Origin: a virus
Taxonomy: Duplodnaviria; Heunggongvirae; Uroviricota; Caudoviricetes
Strand: one strand, 5' to 3'
IMG/VR virus record: IMGVR_UViG_3300045988_138410
Location: 1 to 32,784 of that record
DNA: 32,784 bases
Part shown: positions 1-8,640 of the stretch, piece after piece
Layout of the letters: each line of letters starts with the position of its first letter
Position numbering within the stretch: position 1 is the first letter of the stretch
Translations under genes and position numbers: made by a program
Notes under the pieces: model-generated
Seen by the model: the letters and a program-made list of their open reading frames with translations, nothing else
What the model was told of the DNA's origin: nothing
Databases searched by the model: none

Positions 1-92
1 ACCTCTGTCAGATCGATTTCCCAGAGCACCACGCTGGCCGACTGCTCCGCACGGGTGCATTCATTCAGTGTTTCCTGTCGGATATTCTGCAT
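1..92 (-). CDS. L: Minor tail protein L, N-terminal fragment (rest lies left of window)
   Basis: Reverse translation from 92 gives MQNIRQETLNECTRAEQSASVVLWEIDLTEV, near-identical to recalled lambda gpL N-terminus; ATGA overlap with M stop. Confidence 0.8.
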   Translation of the reverse strand, partial: MQNIRQETLNECTRAEQSASVVLWEIDLTE

Positions 93-421
93 CAGTTCAC
101 CACCTGTTCAAACTCTGCGCTGAACTCAACACGCAACATACTGACCCGCGACGACCATTTTGCGCAGGTCACCTTTATCTGCCGGTAGCCATAAGGCGGC
201 GTCCACAGAAAGGCCTTCCAGCCCCCGTGCTCAGCCAGAAACGATTCCAGTGCCGTGGCCTCCTCGCGGGGAACAGAAAGCGTCACGCTGTACGTTTTCA
301 GGTCAGCGTTCAGCCCGGCAGGCGCACGCTGAGAATAGCCATCACCAAAGCGCACCTTTATTACGGAAGGGGCCGAAGCCACATCCATACCGGGTTTCAC
401 TTTCCAGCGGAAGGTTTTCAT
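92..421 (-). CDS. M: Minor tail protein M
   Basis: 109 aa, MKTFRWKVKPGMDV...LRVEFSAEFEQVVN, collinear with recalled lambda gpM. Confidence 0.9.
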   Translation of the reverse strand: MKTFRWKVKPGMDVASAPSVIKVRFGDGYSQRAPAGLNADLKTYSVTLSVPREEATALESFLAEHGGWKAFLWTPPYGYRQIKVTCAKWSSRVSMLRVEFSAEFEQVVN

Positions 422-3400
422 CGTCCACCTCCGGAGAACAGACCACCATCACGGGACTGCTGTTGCATAAAGTCCGCTGCTGCTTTTTTCCCGAGGTCAT
501 AAACCACCTTCAGGGCAGCCGGACCTATCTGCCCGTTCGTGCCATCGTTATTGATCTCGATGTTGTACTGCGGGGCAAACATCGCCATACCTGAACCACC
601 AATATCCGCCACAACCCCCAGCTTACCGTCAGCACCACGACGCAGAGGCAGAATGGCTTCAGGCCCAGCTTCCCCCATCACACCTGCACCTTTTGCAAAA
701 GCAAAAAACGTCGGACGGTTAACCACCGTGCCACTGTAGCGACTCAAATCAGCAGACTGATAAACACCACCATCAGCATTGGGCGTCACACTGGCAGTTG
801 CTGCACTCCCCCAGCCAAACGCCGAACCAATCCCCTTAACTGCCTGCATCATGGACATCTGAGCCATGATTTTTGCCAGATCAGAAAGGAGCGAGGCGGT
901 AAAAGATTTGAAGTTCAGTTTTCCGGTGGTACAGAATGTTGCCAGTGCATTACCTGCACTGTTAAATGCCGCTGTAAGCATCTGCTCCGCAGTGCCTGCC
1001 GCATTATCCGCATCTGCCGTAAAATTCTGAAACGCCCGCATGGCACCGTTTTTCCAGTTACCCTGAGCAATTTCAAGCTGTTGCCAGTAACGGCGATTCT
1101 CATTCAGTTGCCTGTTCAGGCTCTCCGTCAGCGCCTGCTCGGCCTTTCTGTAGTCATCCGTGTTATATGTCCCTTTCTGCTCACTATCCCGCCTCAACTG
1201 CTCCAGCTGTTGCTGGTATTTCTGGCGAAGGCTCAGTTGTACCTGATATCGCTGCCGCTGCTGATCACCCATACCCACCGTGGCGATATCCAGGTCATGT
1301 TGCTGACGCTGAGCGCGCTCTTCTTCAGCCAGTTGACTGGTCAGCTGAATTGTTTTTTTCTTCAGCTCGTTGAGTGCCGTCTGTTTCTGAAGCTCCTGCT
1401 GTTTTACATCCAGCAGCGTCAGTGCCTGAATCAGTTCATCTTTACGGGCCAGCACACTCTTTTCATCTGCCGTCAGTTTTTTCCCGTCCAGGTCGCTGAT
1501 GCGCTGCTGCAGAGCCAGAAGCTGTTTATGCGCTTCTGTCATCCTGTCAGTGGCAATGCCTGCTGACTGTCTGGCAGCAGCAATCTGCCCTTCCACCTGT
1601 GCCTGTTGCTGGCTGTACTGCAGCAATAACCGGGTGGCCTCATCATTACGGGTTTCGCGTGTTTTTTTCTTACCGGATGCCAGGGCTTTCTCGTAACGTT
1701 CATTTTCACGTTGTATCGCCGCATCCCTGACAGCCTGATCGGCGTACTGCATGGCATTAATACGCGCAATTTCACGCTGATGTCGTGCTGCTTCCGTTTC
1801 ATTCATCCGGTTCAGTGCAGCATTTTCAGCATTACGGCGTTTCTGTTGCTCCTGATAATTCCGCTCTGCCTGCTCTTTTGCATCCTGCAAATCCTTCTGG
1901 CGTTTTTTCTCCTGAAGCTCGTTAAGACGCTGCTGATCGTATTCAACCTGAGAAGATGATGCCGTCCAGGGGAGTCTTTTCGCCCGCGATACTTTCTCCT
2001 GCAAAGTGGCAATCTGCGCATCCAGCGAATCTTCACGACCAATATTCATGGCCGCATCCCAGAACTGCTTCCACCAGTCAGACAAGGTTTGCAGCGTACT
2101 ACCCAGCGCATTGAGGTTATTATCAATATCCGCAGTACGCCGACCGGTTTCCTCTGCCAGTGCAGACATGGCTATCCGTGCCGCATCACTGGACCGCCCC
2201 TGCTCTCCAAGGACGCGTATCTGCTCAAGCTGAGTGGCAGTAAGAAAATGCAGCTCATTGTCCAGAGCCTTCGCGGCATTTACAGGATCATCCTTCAGCC
2301 GCTTAAACTGATTTATGGTATCGCTGACCGACTGGCCAACCGATCGCTCCATCTGTGCGGCAGCTCTCGCCACCATACCGATATCGTTTCCACGAAATGC
2401 ACCACTCCCCACCACCTGAGCCAGCGCACCGGCTGCAGCATGTTGCGTGATACCATTCCCGGAAATAGCACGACTGAGCGTCCACAGCTGCCCGGCAGTG
2501 ACTCCGGCATAATGCCCCGTCAGCGACAGCTGGCGGTTAAATTCTTCCCCCTCCTTCTGACCGTCATACCAGGCTTTACCCAGACCATAGACGGCCGCGG
2601 TAATACCGCCAATAACCGCTCCTGGCATCATGCCTTTCGGTGACATCAGTGTGTCTATCCATCCGGCACGGTTAGCCAGCGTTATCCCGGATCCCCTCAG
2701 CGCCCCTAAATTGCCGCGGACCAGTTCACCTATCAGAACGCCTATCTCCTGGCGGGCCGCTGCACTTTTCAGACTCAGCGAATGCGTGGCTTTTCCTGCC
2801 CGCTCCATTTTGCGGATATACACTTCTGCAGCACTGCTTACCCCCAGCTGGGCAGCCTTAGCACGAAGCAACTCAGAAGAAGAAAGATTCTGGCGGATTG
2901 CCTGCTCTTTAAGCTGACGGATAAACGCCACTTTCTGTCGGGTAGCCTCTTCCTCAGCCTGTGTAAGAACACGGGTTTTCGCCGTAACCTCAGAAATCAG
3001 CGCCAGATAATCCTGCTGACCAATCCCGCCACTGTTTCTGGCCTGTCGGATCTGCTGCTGAATACGCTGTAATTCCTGCAGCCCCGCACTGACCTGTTTC
3101 ACACTGTCAATCTGACGATAAAACGCGGCAGCCGCTTTATCCTGAGCCTCCGCCAGAGCCATGGCCTGCGCCTGTTCCTCGCGCATTTTCTGGCTCAGTA
3201 CCTCCATACGCTGGCGGGTTTGCTCCACCTCGCGGGCCATGCGTTCATGAGCCTGTGCGCTCTTCTCCACCGTCTGCGCATGGACGGATGCGGCTGTTGC
3301 AGCCGAAGAAGCCGCCTGCATTGTCTGCCGGGCGGCCTGAGTCTGACGCTCCATAAAACGCTGCATACGGGCAGAAGACCGTTCTGCATCGCTGGCTGCA

Positions 3401-3492
3401 CCATTCAGAAGGTTTTTGATACGGGGAATTTCATTTTTAAACTCTGCCGCATCAATCCCCAAATCAATGACCAGGTTGGCTATCTGGTCCAT
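418..3492 (-). CDS. H: Tail tape measure protein (about 1024 aa)
   Basis: N-terminus MDQIANLVIDL and C-terminus INNDGTNGQIGPAALK...DGGLFSGGGR match recalled lambda gpH; start chosen at ATG 3492 with GGAGG RBS rather than ORF-track 3522; long Q/E/R/A coiled-coil middle. Confidence 0.9.
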   Translation of the reverse strand: MDQIANLVIDLGIDAAEFKNEIPRIKNLLNGAASDAERSSARMQRFMERQTQAARQTMQAASSAATAASVHAQTVEKSAQAHERMAREVEQTRQRMEVLSQKMREEQAQAMALAEAQDKAAAAFYRQIDSVKQVSAGLQELQRIQQQIRQARNSGGIGQQDYLALISEVTAKTRVLTQAEEEATRQKVAFIRQLKEQAIRQNLSSSELLRAKAAQLGVSSAAEVYIRKMERAGKATHSLSLKSAAARQEIGVLIGELVRGNLGALRGSGITLANRAGWIDTLMSPKGMMPGAVIGGITAAVYGLGKAWYDGQKEGEEFNRQLSLTGHYAGVTAGQLWTLSRAISGNGITQHAAAGALAQVVGSGAFRGNDIGMVARAAAQMERSVGQSVSDTINQFKRLKDDPVNAAKALDNELHFLTATQLEQIRVLGEQGRSSDAARIAMSALAEETGRRTADIDNNLNALGSTLQTLSDWWKQFWDAAMNIGREDSLDAQIATLQEKVSRAKRLPWTASSSQVEYDQQRLNELQEKKRQKDLQDAKEQAERNYQEQQKRRNAENAALNRMNETEAARHQREIARINAMQYADQAVRDAAIQRENERYEKALASGKKKTRETRNDEATRLLLQYSQQQAQVEGQIAAARQSAGIATDRMTEAHKQLLALQQRISDLDGKKLTADEKSVLARKDELIQALTLLDVKQQELQKQTALNELKKKTIQLTSQLAEEERAQRQQHDLDIATVGMGDQQRQRYQVQLSLRQKYQQQLEQLRRDSEQKGTYNTDDYRKAEQALTESLNRQLNENRRYWQQLEIAQGNWKNGAMRAFQNFTADADNAAGTAEQMLTAAFNSAGNALATFCTTGKLNFKSFTASLLSDLAKIMAQMSMMQAVKGIGSAFGWGSAATASVTPNADGGVYQSADLSRYSGTVVNRPTFFAFAKGAGVMGEAGPEAILPLRRGADGKLGVVADIGGSGMAMFAPQYNIEINNDGTNGQIGPAALKVVYDLGKKAAADFMQQQSRDGGLFSGGGR

Positions 3493-3793
3493 AACGCACA
3501 CCTCCGGAAATACTTTCCCCAAGATGCATCAGTTCTTCGTCCGTTCGCTCCGGTATCCCGTTCTCTTCCGGTAAAAGGCTGAAATCAGCCACCGCAGCAT
3601 CACTGCTGCCGGACACCATTCTCACGATCAATGCCTTCAGCGAGGCAAACTGAGCATCCATCCACACATCACTGAAGCTCTGCATCCGGAAATAATCGCC
3701 CCACTCACCAAGCTCAGTGGCCGACATTTCCGACAGCATCCGCCGCCAGTCTGCCCGCCGGAACTCCCGGGCAAGCCGCATGACAAACTGCAT
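3464..3793 (-). CDS. T: Tail assembly protein T segment, expressed as G-T fusion by -1 frameshift
   Basis: ORF in -1 frame relative to G, overlapping G 3' end, in the lambda G/T position between G and H. Confidence 0.75.
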   Translation of the reverse strand: MQFVMRLAREFRRADWRRMLSEMSATELGEWGDYFRMQSFSDVWMDAQFASLKALIVRMVSGSSDAAVADFSLLPEENGIPERTDEELMHLGESISGGVRYGPDSQPGH

Positions 3794-3801
3794 TTCCCGC
3801 G

Positions 3802-4191
3802 TCAGGACTTTTCCGGCGTCAGCACCTCATGCTCCAAATCCCCGGCATTCTCAATGGCTCCCATACCGCTCAGCGACAGAACCATCTCCGCCCCCGCTCC
3901 CAGGGCATCATACGACCATGTTGTAATAACGGATGCGCAAAGCGTCTCAACATCCTGAGACTGTTCCGCATTCCACAGTGAACGGGAAACCAGCCAGGCA
4001 TTGATATCCATCCCCATCCGCAGAAAAGCAATCTGTCGTTCAGCCTCCGGCAGTTCTCCCTCTTCGGCATCAAACTTTGCCGTTCGCTGCTGAAGAAACG
4101 CCAGATATTCAATTCTCTGCAGCCCGGACAGCTCACTGAGCACCACGGACTGCTTTTCATAATTAAACGTGCCCTGTTTCAGAAACATCAT
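3802..4191 (-). CDS. G: Tail assembly chaperone G
   Basis: MMFLKQGTFNYEKQSVVLSELSGLQRIEYLAF resembles recalled lambda gpG N-terminus; start at ATGATG 4191/4188 with GGTGGAG RBS. Confidence 0.85.
   Translation of the reverse strand: MMFLKQGTFNYEKQSVVLSELSGLQRIEYLAFLQQRTAKFDAEEGELPEAERQIAFLRMGMDINAWLVSRSLWNAEQSQDVETLCASVITTWSYDALGAGAEMVLSLSGMGAIENAGDLEHEVLTPEKS
3805..3813 (-). other. Candidate programmed -1 frameshift (slip) site for G to G-T
   Basis: Minus strand reads CCG GAA AAG TCC TGA in G frame; T frame reads GGA AAA GTC...; A-rich heptamer GGAAAAG corresponds to lambda GGGAAAG. Confidence 0.5.
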
Positions 4192-4204
4192 GTTCTCCAC
4201 CTGC

Positions 4205-4228
4205 AAAAAAGCCCCGGATAACCGGGGC
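4205..4228 (-). terminator. Intrinsic terminator-like hairpin between V and G (GCCCCGG-UUAU-CCGGGGC followed by U6)
   Basis: Perfect 7-bp GC stem, 4-nt loop, T-run on minus strand, 15 nt before G RBS. Confidence 0.6.
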
Positions 4229-4248
4229 AAATGATGAGTATCGTCCTG

Positions 4249-4992
4249 TTAACCTGCGGCGCTGACAGCCACCGCAGTCACAGCCACAAAATCGCCGTCA
4301 GAAGTCATGCCCACAATGCTGACACTGCCCTGCTTCACGCCTTTCACCGTGGCCACAAGCCCGTTCAGGGTCACCGTGGCAGTCTGTGGATCTGTCGAAT
4401 GCACACTGATCGCTTTGTCACTGGCTCCGTCAGGTTTTACTGTAAAGGTCAGCGTGGTGGTTGCTCCCACTTTTACACTGGCAGATGCCGGTGCCACCGT
4501 CAGCCCGGTAACGCTCACTGTTTCAGTGCCTTCCTCTGCCAGATACGGACGCCCCACTCCGCTGATTTTCACTGTGCGGGTCATCACGTCTTTTGAGGCA
4601 ATGGTTTTACCCAATGAGCTCAGCCAGCCACGGAAAACATCAACAGTGCCGTTGGGATATTTGATACGAAACGCGCAGACTTCACCGGAGTCGAACAACT
4701 GAACCAGTTTTTTCTGCCCGCTGTCACCCGGACGCCAGGCCAGCGTCGCCGAAGTATCACCAACGGATTTCTGCCCCTGGGTTGTCGTTTTCCAGTCTGC
4801 ATCTTCATCATCGAGATAAGTGTCATCTTCTGCATCAGCGGTCATTTCGCCAGGTTGCAGATCCTTCACCATCGCAAGACGCAGCCAGTCAGTGTCCGAC
4901 AAAGGGTTCGCAAATGCGTCGCCGTTGCCGGTATACATCCAGAACGTCGTCCCCGCACCTTTCGTCTTTGCCAGTGGATTTGGTGTGGTCAT
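4249..4992 (-). CDS. V: Major tail protein V with C-terminal Ig-like domain
   Basis: MTTPNPLAKTKGAGTTFW...YLDDEDADW...NGTVDVFRGW matches recalled lambda gpV; strong AAGGAGG RBS before ATG 4992. Confidence 0.9.
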   Translation of the reverse strand: MTTPNPLAKTKGAGTTFWMYTGNGDAFANPLSDTDWLRLAMVKDLQPGEMTADAEDDTYLDDEDADWKTTTQGQKSVGDTSATLAWRPGDSGQKKLVQLFDSGEVCAFRIKYPNGTVDVFRGWLSSLGKTIASKDVMTRTVKISGVGRPYLAEEGTETVSVTGLTVAPASASVKVGATTTLTFTVKPDGASDKAISVHSTDPQTATVTLNGLVATVKGVKQGSVSIVGMTSDGDFVAVTAVAVSAAG

Positions 4993-5002
4993 TACCACCT
5001 CC

Positions 5003-5404
5003 TTAATTCGTGTACGTGATCTGGTACGTGATTTCCGCCATCGCCCAGGTGGCCATCTCATTATCACGTTGATAGTTAAAACCGAGTGGGATCAGAGTGT
5101 CGATGAGTCCGGAAAGTGCCGGTACATCATTCAGGGCCGGGAAAATGGTGCTCTCCATCCACATATCCAGCTCTGAATCCGGTGCCTGTGCCCGGATGAA
5201 GACGGCAATATGCAGAACAGCCTGCCAGTCATCTTCATCCGTCATTTTTCCGGTGTACTGAGCATCACTCAGCCACACCGCCACGGCAGGCAGTTCCTGC
5301 GCATCAATGAATGCCGGAAGCCCGTCAAAAAACGTGGCGCTGTCTCCACACTGTTCCCGAAGGCGTGCCAGTACGACCTGGCGGATTTGTGTATGTCGGT
5401 TCAT
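5003..5404 (-). CDS. U: Tail terminator protein U
   Basis: ATFFDG..PAVAVWL...PDSELDMWMES pattern as recalled lambda gpU; ATGA overlap with Z. Confidence 0.85.
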   Translation of the reverse strand: MNRHTQIRQVVLARLREQCGDSATFFDGLPAFIDAQELPAVAVWLSDAQYTGKMTDEDDWQAVLHIAVFIRAQAPDSELDMWMESTIFPALNDVPALSGLIDTLIPLGFNYQRDNEMATWAMAEITYQITYTN

Positions 5405-5979
5405 CGGGTCAGCCATAACCTCAGTTGTTGTTTCAGTGCATACCCCAGCTGTTTCGGCATTTCCGCAGCAATGATGCGGTCGCGGGCATCTTCAAATGCC
5501 TGTGTCAGCGGTCCGGACAGCGGGATTTTCACCACATCAATGGGGTAACGATTTTTGCCATCAATACGCCGCATCACATGCCAGCGACCATTCGCCAGTT
5601 GCTGAATAAACGCATCCCGGAAAAGATATTTACCCACCTTCAGCACACTGCCACGGTACTGCAGTTTTCCACCACGCCGGGCCAGTCTGACCCGGGCTGT
5701 CCCCAGCTTAATGGCGGGCAGATTGCCCCGGTTAACGCGGATCCTGGCCGTCATTTTTCCTGACGGACTGGCTTTAAACACCCGGACACGCTGACGTATC
5801 AGTTTCAGGGGGATCCCTTTCACCTGGTTATCTCCCGCAACGGTATTCCCGGCAACCTGCCGGGTGGCAACCGAGACCGCTTTCTGTGCCACACGGTTTA
5901 TCGCCCATGCGCTGGCCTGTGGCACCATACGGGTATCAAGGCTGTTCAGATTGCGGATGGCATTCTCAAGCCCCTTCAT
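5401..5979 (-). CDS. Z: Tail completion protein Z
   Basis: 192 aa, position and size as lambda gpZ. Confidence 0.8.
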   Translation of the reverse strand: MKGLENAIRNLNSLDTRMVPQASAWAINRVAQKAVSVATRQVAGNTVAGDNQVKGIPLKLIRQRVRVFKASPSGKMTARIRVNRGNLPAIKLGTARVRLARRGGKLQYRGSVLKVGKYLFRDAFIQQLANGRWHVMRRIDGKNRYPIDVVKIPLSGPLTQAFEDARDRIIAAEMPKQLGYALKQQLRLWLTR

Positions 5980-5990
5980 CCCACACCTCT

Positions 5991-6266
5991 TTACTCAATA
6001 AAGATCATTGGCTTACCGTTAAAGCGTTCATGCCGTGTGACCGTCCATTGTTGTCCGTCATAAACAACGCGATCCCCGCGCCGTGGGCGGTATCCCGAAG
6101 AAAACACCACCAGAGAGACCGCAGGTCCGGACAGAGCATTCAGCTCTGCCAGTGTTTCTCCCGGGATCACGGTCATATCGACATCATTAATCGAGGCTGT
6201 CTTTCCCATCTTTCTGACCGTGATAGCATCCATACGCGCTGCCAGCCGGGAAAAGGGATCAGACAT
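5991..6266 (-). CDS. Putative head-tail joining / head closure protein (FII-position)
   Basis: 91-aa ORF between head and tail modules; assignment by position, not strong similarity. Confidence 0.55.
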   Translation of the reverse strand: MSDPFSRLAARMDAITVRKMGKTASINDVDMTVIPGETLAELNALSGPAVSLVVFSSGYRPRRGDRVVYDGQQWTVTRHERFNGKPMIFIE

Positions 6267-6582
6267 TGAGTTTTACCGGCACTTCTTCTGCACTGGTTCC
6301 GGCATCTGCCCAGACAACCCCGACCAGCGGATCAGAGCCGCTGTTAGTCAGCTGAACTTTTCCGGACTTCAGATAAACCTTCTTACCCGTTTTCATGTCA
6401 TCCGTTTTCAGCTTAGGCAGCATAAACACACCTTCGGTCATACCGTCGCCTGTTTCACCCTGTGGAATATCGGTCAGCGCCACCGCAAAAACATCACCCA
6501 CCTGCACCAGATCTCCGCTGCTGATGGCTGCACTGGCAACAATCGCCACCGTTTTTCCTTCTTCTACAAAATTCTTTGCCAT
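6259..6582 (-). CDS. Small head protein downstream of capsid, possibly decoration / DUF2190-like
   Basis: Start chosen at MAKNFVEEGK (ATG 6582); Gly/Val-rich beta-type sequence; position after major capsid. Confidence 0.45.
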   Translation of the reverse strand: MAKNFVEEGKTVAIVASAAISSGDLVQVGDVFAVALTDIPQGETGDGMTEGVFMLPKLKTDDMKTGKKVYLKSGKVQLTNSGSDPLVGVVWADAGTSAEEVPVKLNV

Positions 6583-6595
6583 AACTGTCCCCACA

Positions 6596-6644
6596 CAGCC
6601 CCGTTCAGGGGCTGATTTCAGATACAAAAAAAGCCCTTACGGGC
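6596..6644 (-). terminator. Two hairpins immediately after capsid gene, the first followed by U7 (candidate partial terminator)
   Basis: Minus strand GGCCCGUAAGGGC + UUUUUUU, then CAGCCCC-UGAAC-GGGGCUG. Confidence 0.45.
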
Positions 6645-6668
6645 CATCAGAGTTGTTGTCTGCGATGT

Positions 6669-8627
6669 TTACGCCGTACATTTCACCAGACCGCGGTGAT
6701 CAACTGGCGCGACACCGGCGTCAATACGCACTTTCGTTGTCACGCCATCCACACTGAAGCCCTCCATCTGATCAATATATGGCGTATCCACACCGTTGAG
6801 ATAAGCCACTTCAATCGTATCGGAGCCTTTTGACGCAGCCAGGTAGAAGGTGGTCTGGCTGTTATCATCAAGACGAGGCTCTGCAATAACGGTCGCAAAA
6901 TCTTTCACCGGGTTAATAATACCGGCGTTAATGTCAGCCCCCTTGACACTTGAGGAGCGAATGACCTGGTTAGCAACAGACTCCATCGCCGTCGGTACCA
7001 GTACGAACGCAGGACGAATATTCAGATGACGCTCCCCCTCTTTCTGAACACGCATCAACTGGCGGGCTTTATCCAGCGATGCCACGTCCATTGCAGCGCC
7101 CTCCAGTACGTTTGCATGTTTCGCTTTATCGAACAGACTTACATTATCTGTGGAGATTTTCGGGTTAGACGTCAGAATGGCATAAACCAGATCGGCAATA
7201 GTGGATTTCGCCGCACGGCCCAGCTTCATCGGGACATCGGTCAGCATATTCAGATCATCATTGATAATGGCCTGACGGGTGATACTGAACAGCTCGCCAT
7301 AGGTCGCCAGTGCAATAGTGGCCTGTTTATCTCCGGTGGTGACGTATTTATATTCCGCCCCTTCACGCACCTGACGCAGAGCACTGAAGCCCCCCATACC
7401 CACGCGATGGGCAATTTTAAAATCAGACAACTGACCTTTCCGCGTCCACTGTTCATAGGTTTCAGGGGCATCTTCCCAGCCCTGCAGAATGGCTTTGTTC
7501 GCAACATCCAGCAGAATATTACCGAAGTCAGACGTACTGTGTGTGAACGCCGCACCGACCATCTGCATCGGGTTATAACCGGAAACCCCAATACCCCGTT
7601 CAGTCAGTGACATACGGGCATATTCACGCAGGGTCATCCCGTTGTAGACATTATCACGTTCGGTTTTTTCAAATCCGGCACGCGCCATCAGCGCCTGGCG
7701 GATCCCGTCCCCCACAAAATTACCGTTACCGGCATAAATATGAGCCGGGGTATTTTTATTGGATGGCGTGGACTCGCGCCCCATCTCGTTCAACAGCTTT
7801 TCGCGGGCCTGCTCCAGCGAACATTCAGGATCGGCAAGACACTGAGCCTGCAGCGTCTGATAACGCCCGCCAAACATGGCAAACAAATCATTAATACCGT
7901 TTACACGCGCTTTTTGCTCTGCCAGTACCTGCGCACGGATACTGTTTTCATCCACCACGGGTGCTGCTGCCTGCACTGGCGTCCGGGAGGCTACAGGTTC
8001 ATTATCCTGTACGCGTGGAGCACTGTTGCGTGGCGGAGTAATCATGTTTCGAATGGATTCCGGCATCTTTTTAAATTCCTCTGTACGTTTTGACTGAATA
8101 CATGCCATTGCCTTAACGGCTGGCGTTACCTGATCAGCAAATCCATGTGCCAGACATTCGGCACCGGACATCCAGGTCTCATCCGCCAGCATGGCAGCAA
8201 TTTCATCGGTGGTTTTCCCGGTTTTCTGTGCATAAGCGGGTAACAGAACCGCCTCAACCTTATCGAGCAGGTCGGCATAGGTGCGCATGTCTTCCGCATC
8301 ACCGCCCGTAAAGCCAAATGGTTTATGAATCATCATGAAGGTGTTTTCCGGCATAATGACCGGGTTTCCCACCATCGCAATGACCGACGCCATTGACGCC
8401 GCCACACCGTCGACATAAACGGTAATGGACGCACCATGTGTTTTCAGCGCATTAAAAATGGCGATGCCTTCAAAGACATCGCCACCCGGTGAATTAATAT
8501 GGAGATTAATGTGGGTGATATCGCCCAGTGCATTCAGATCACTGATAAACTGCTTCGCTGTAACACCCCAGAAACCAATCTCGTCATAAATATAAATATC
8601 CGCGTCACTCTGGTGACCAGCCTGCAT
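6669..8627 (-). CDS. Prohead protease (ClpP/S49-like) fused to major capsid protein
   Basis: N-terminus ADIYIYDEIGFWGV...INSPGGDVFEG is protease-like; C-terminal ~350 aa capsid-like; start chosen at ATG 8627, 14 nt after portal stop. Confidence 0.8.
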   Translation of the reverse strand: MQAGHQSDADIYIYDEIGFWGVTAKQFISDLNALGDITHINLHINSPGGDVFEGIAIFNALKTHGASITVYVDGVAASMASVIAMVGNPVIMPENTFMMIHKPFGFTGGDAEDMRTYADLLDKVEAVLLPAYAQKTGKTTDEIAAMLADETWMSGAECLAHGFADQVTPAVKAMACIQSKRTEEFKKMPESIRNMITPPRNSAPRVQDNEPVASRTPVQAAAPVVDENSIRAQVLAEQKARVNGINDLFAMFGGRYQTLQAQCLADPECSLEQAREKLLNEMGRESTPSNKNTPAHIYAGNGNFVGDGIRQALMARAGFEKTERDNVYNGMTLREYARMSLTERGIGVSGYNPMQMVGAAFTHSTSDFGNILLDVANKAILQGWEDAPETYEQWTRKGQLSDFKIAHRVGMGGFSALRQVREGAEYKYVTTGDKQATIALATYGELFSITRQAIINDDLNMLTDVPMKLGRAAKSTIADLVYAILTSNPKISTDNVSLFDKAKHANVLEGAAMDVASLDKARQLMRVQKEGERHLNIRPAFVLVPTAMESVANQVIRSSSVKGADINAGIINPVKDFATVIAEPRLDDNSQTTFYLAASKGSDTIEVAYLNGVDTPYIDQMEGFSVDGVTTKVRIDAGVAPVDHRGLVKCTA

Positions 8628-8640
8628 CCTGAACCAGGAA

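Noticed and set aside
1081-1566. Plus-strand ORFs inside the tape measure gene (and similar antisense ORFs throughout the structural module)
   Set aside because: They sit antisense within well-supported lambda-homolog genes; Leu/Gln/Cys-rich translations mirror the coiled-coil codons of the sense strand.
3493-3522. ORF-track start of tape measure at 3522
   Set aside because: ATG at 3492 has a GGAGG RBS and aligns with the lambda gpH N-terminus; the upstream extension overlaps T more extensively.
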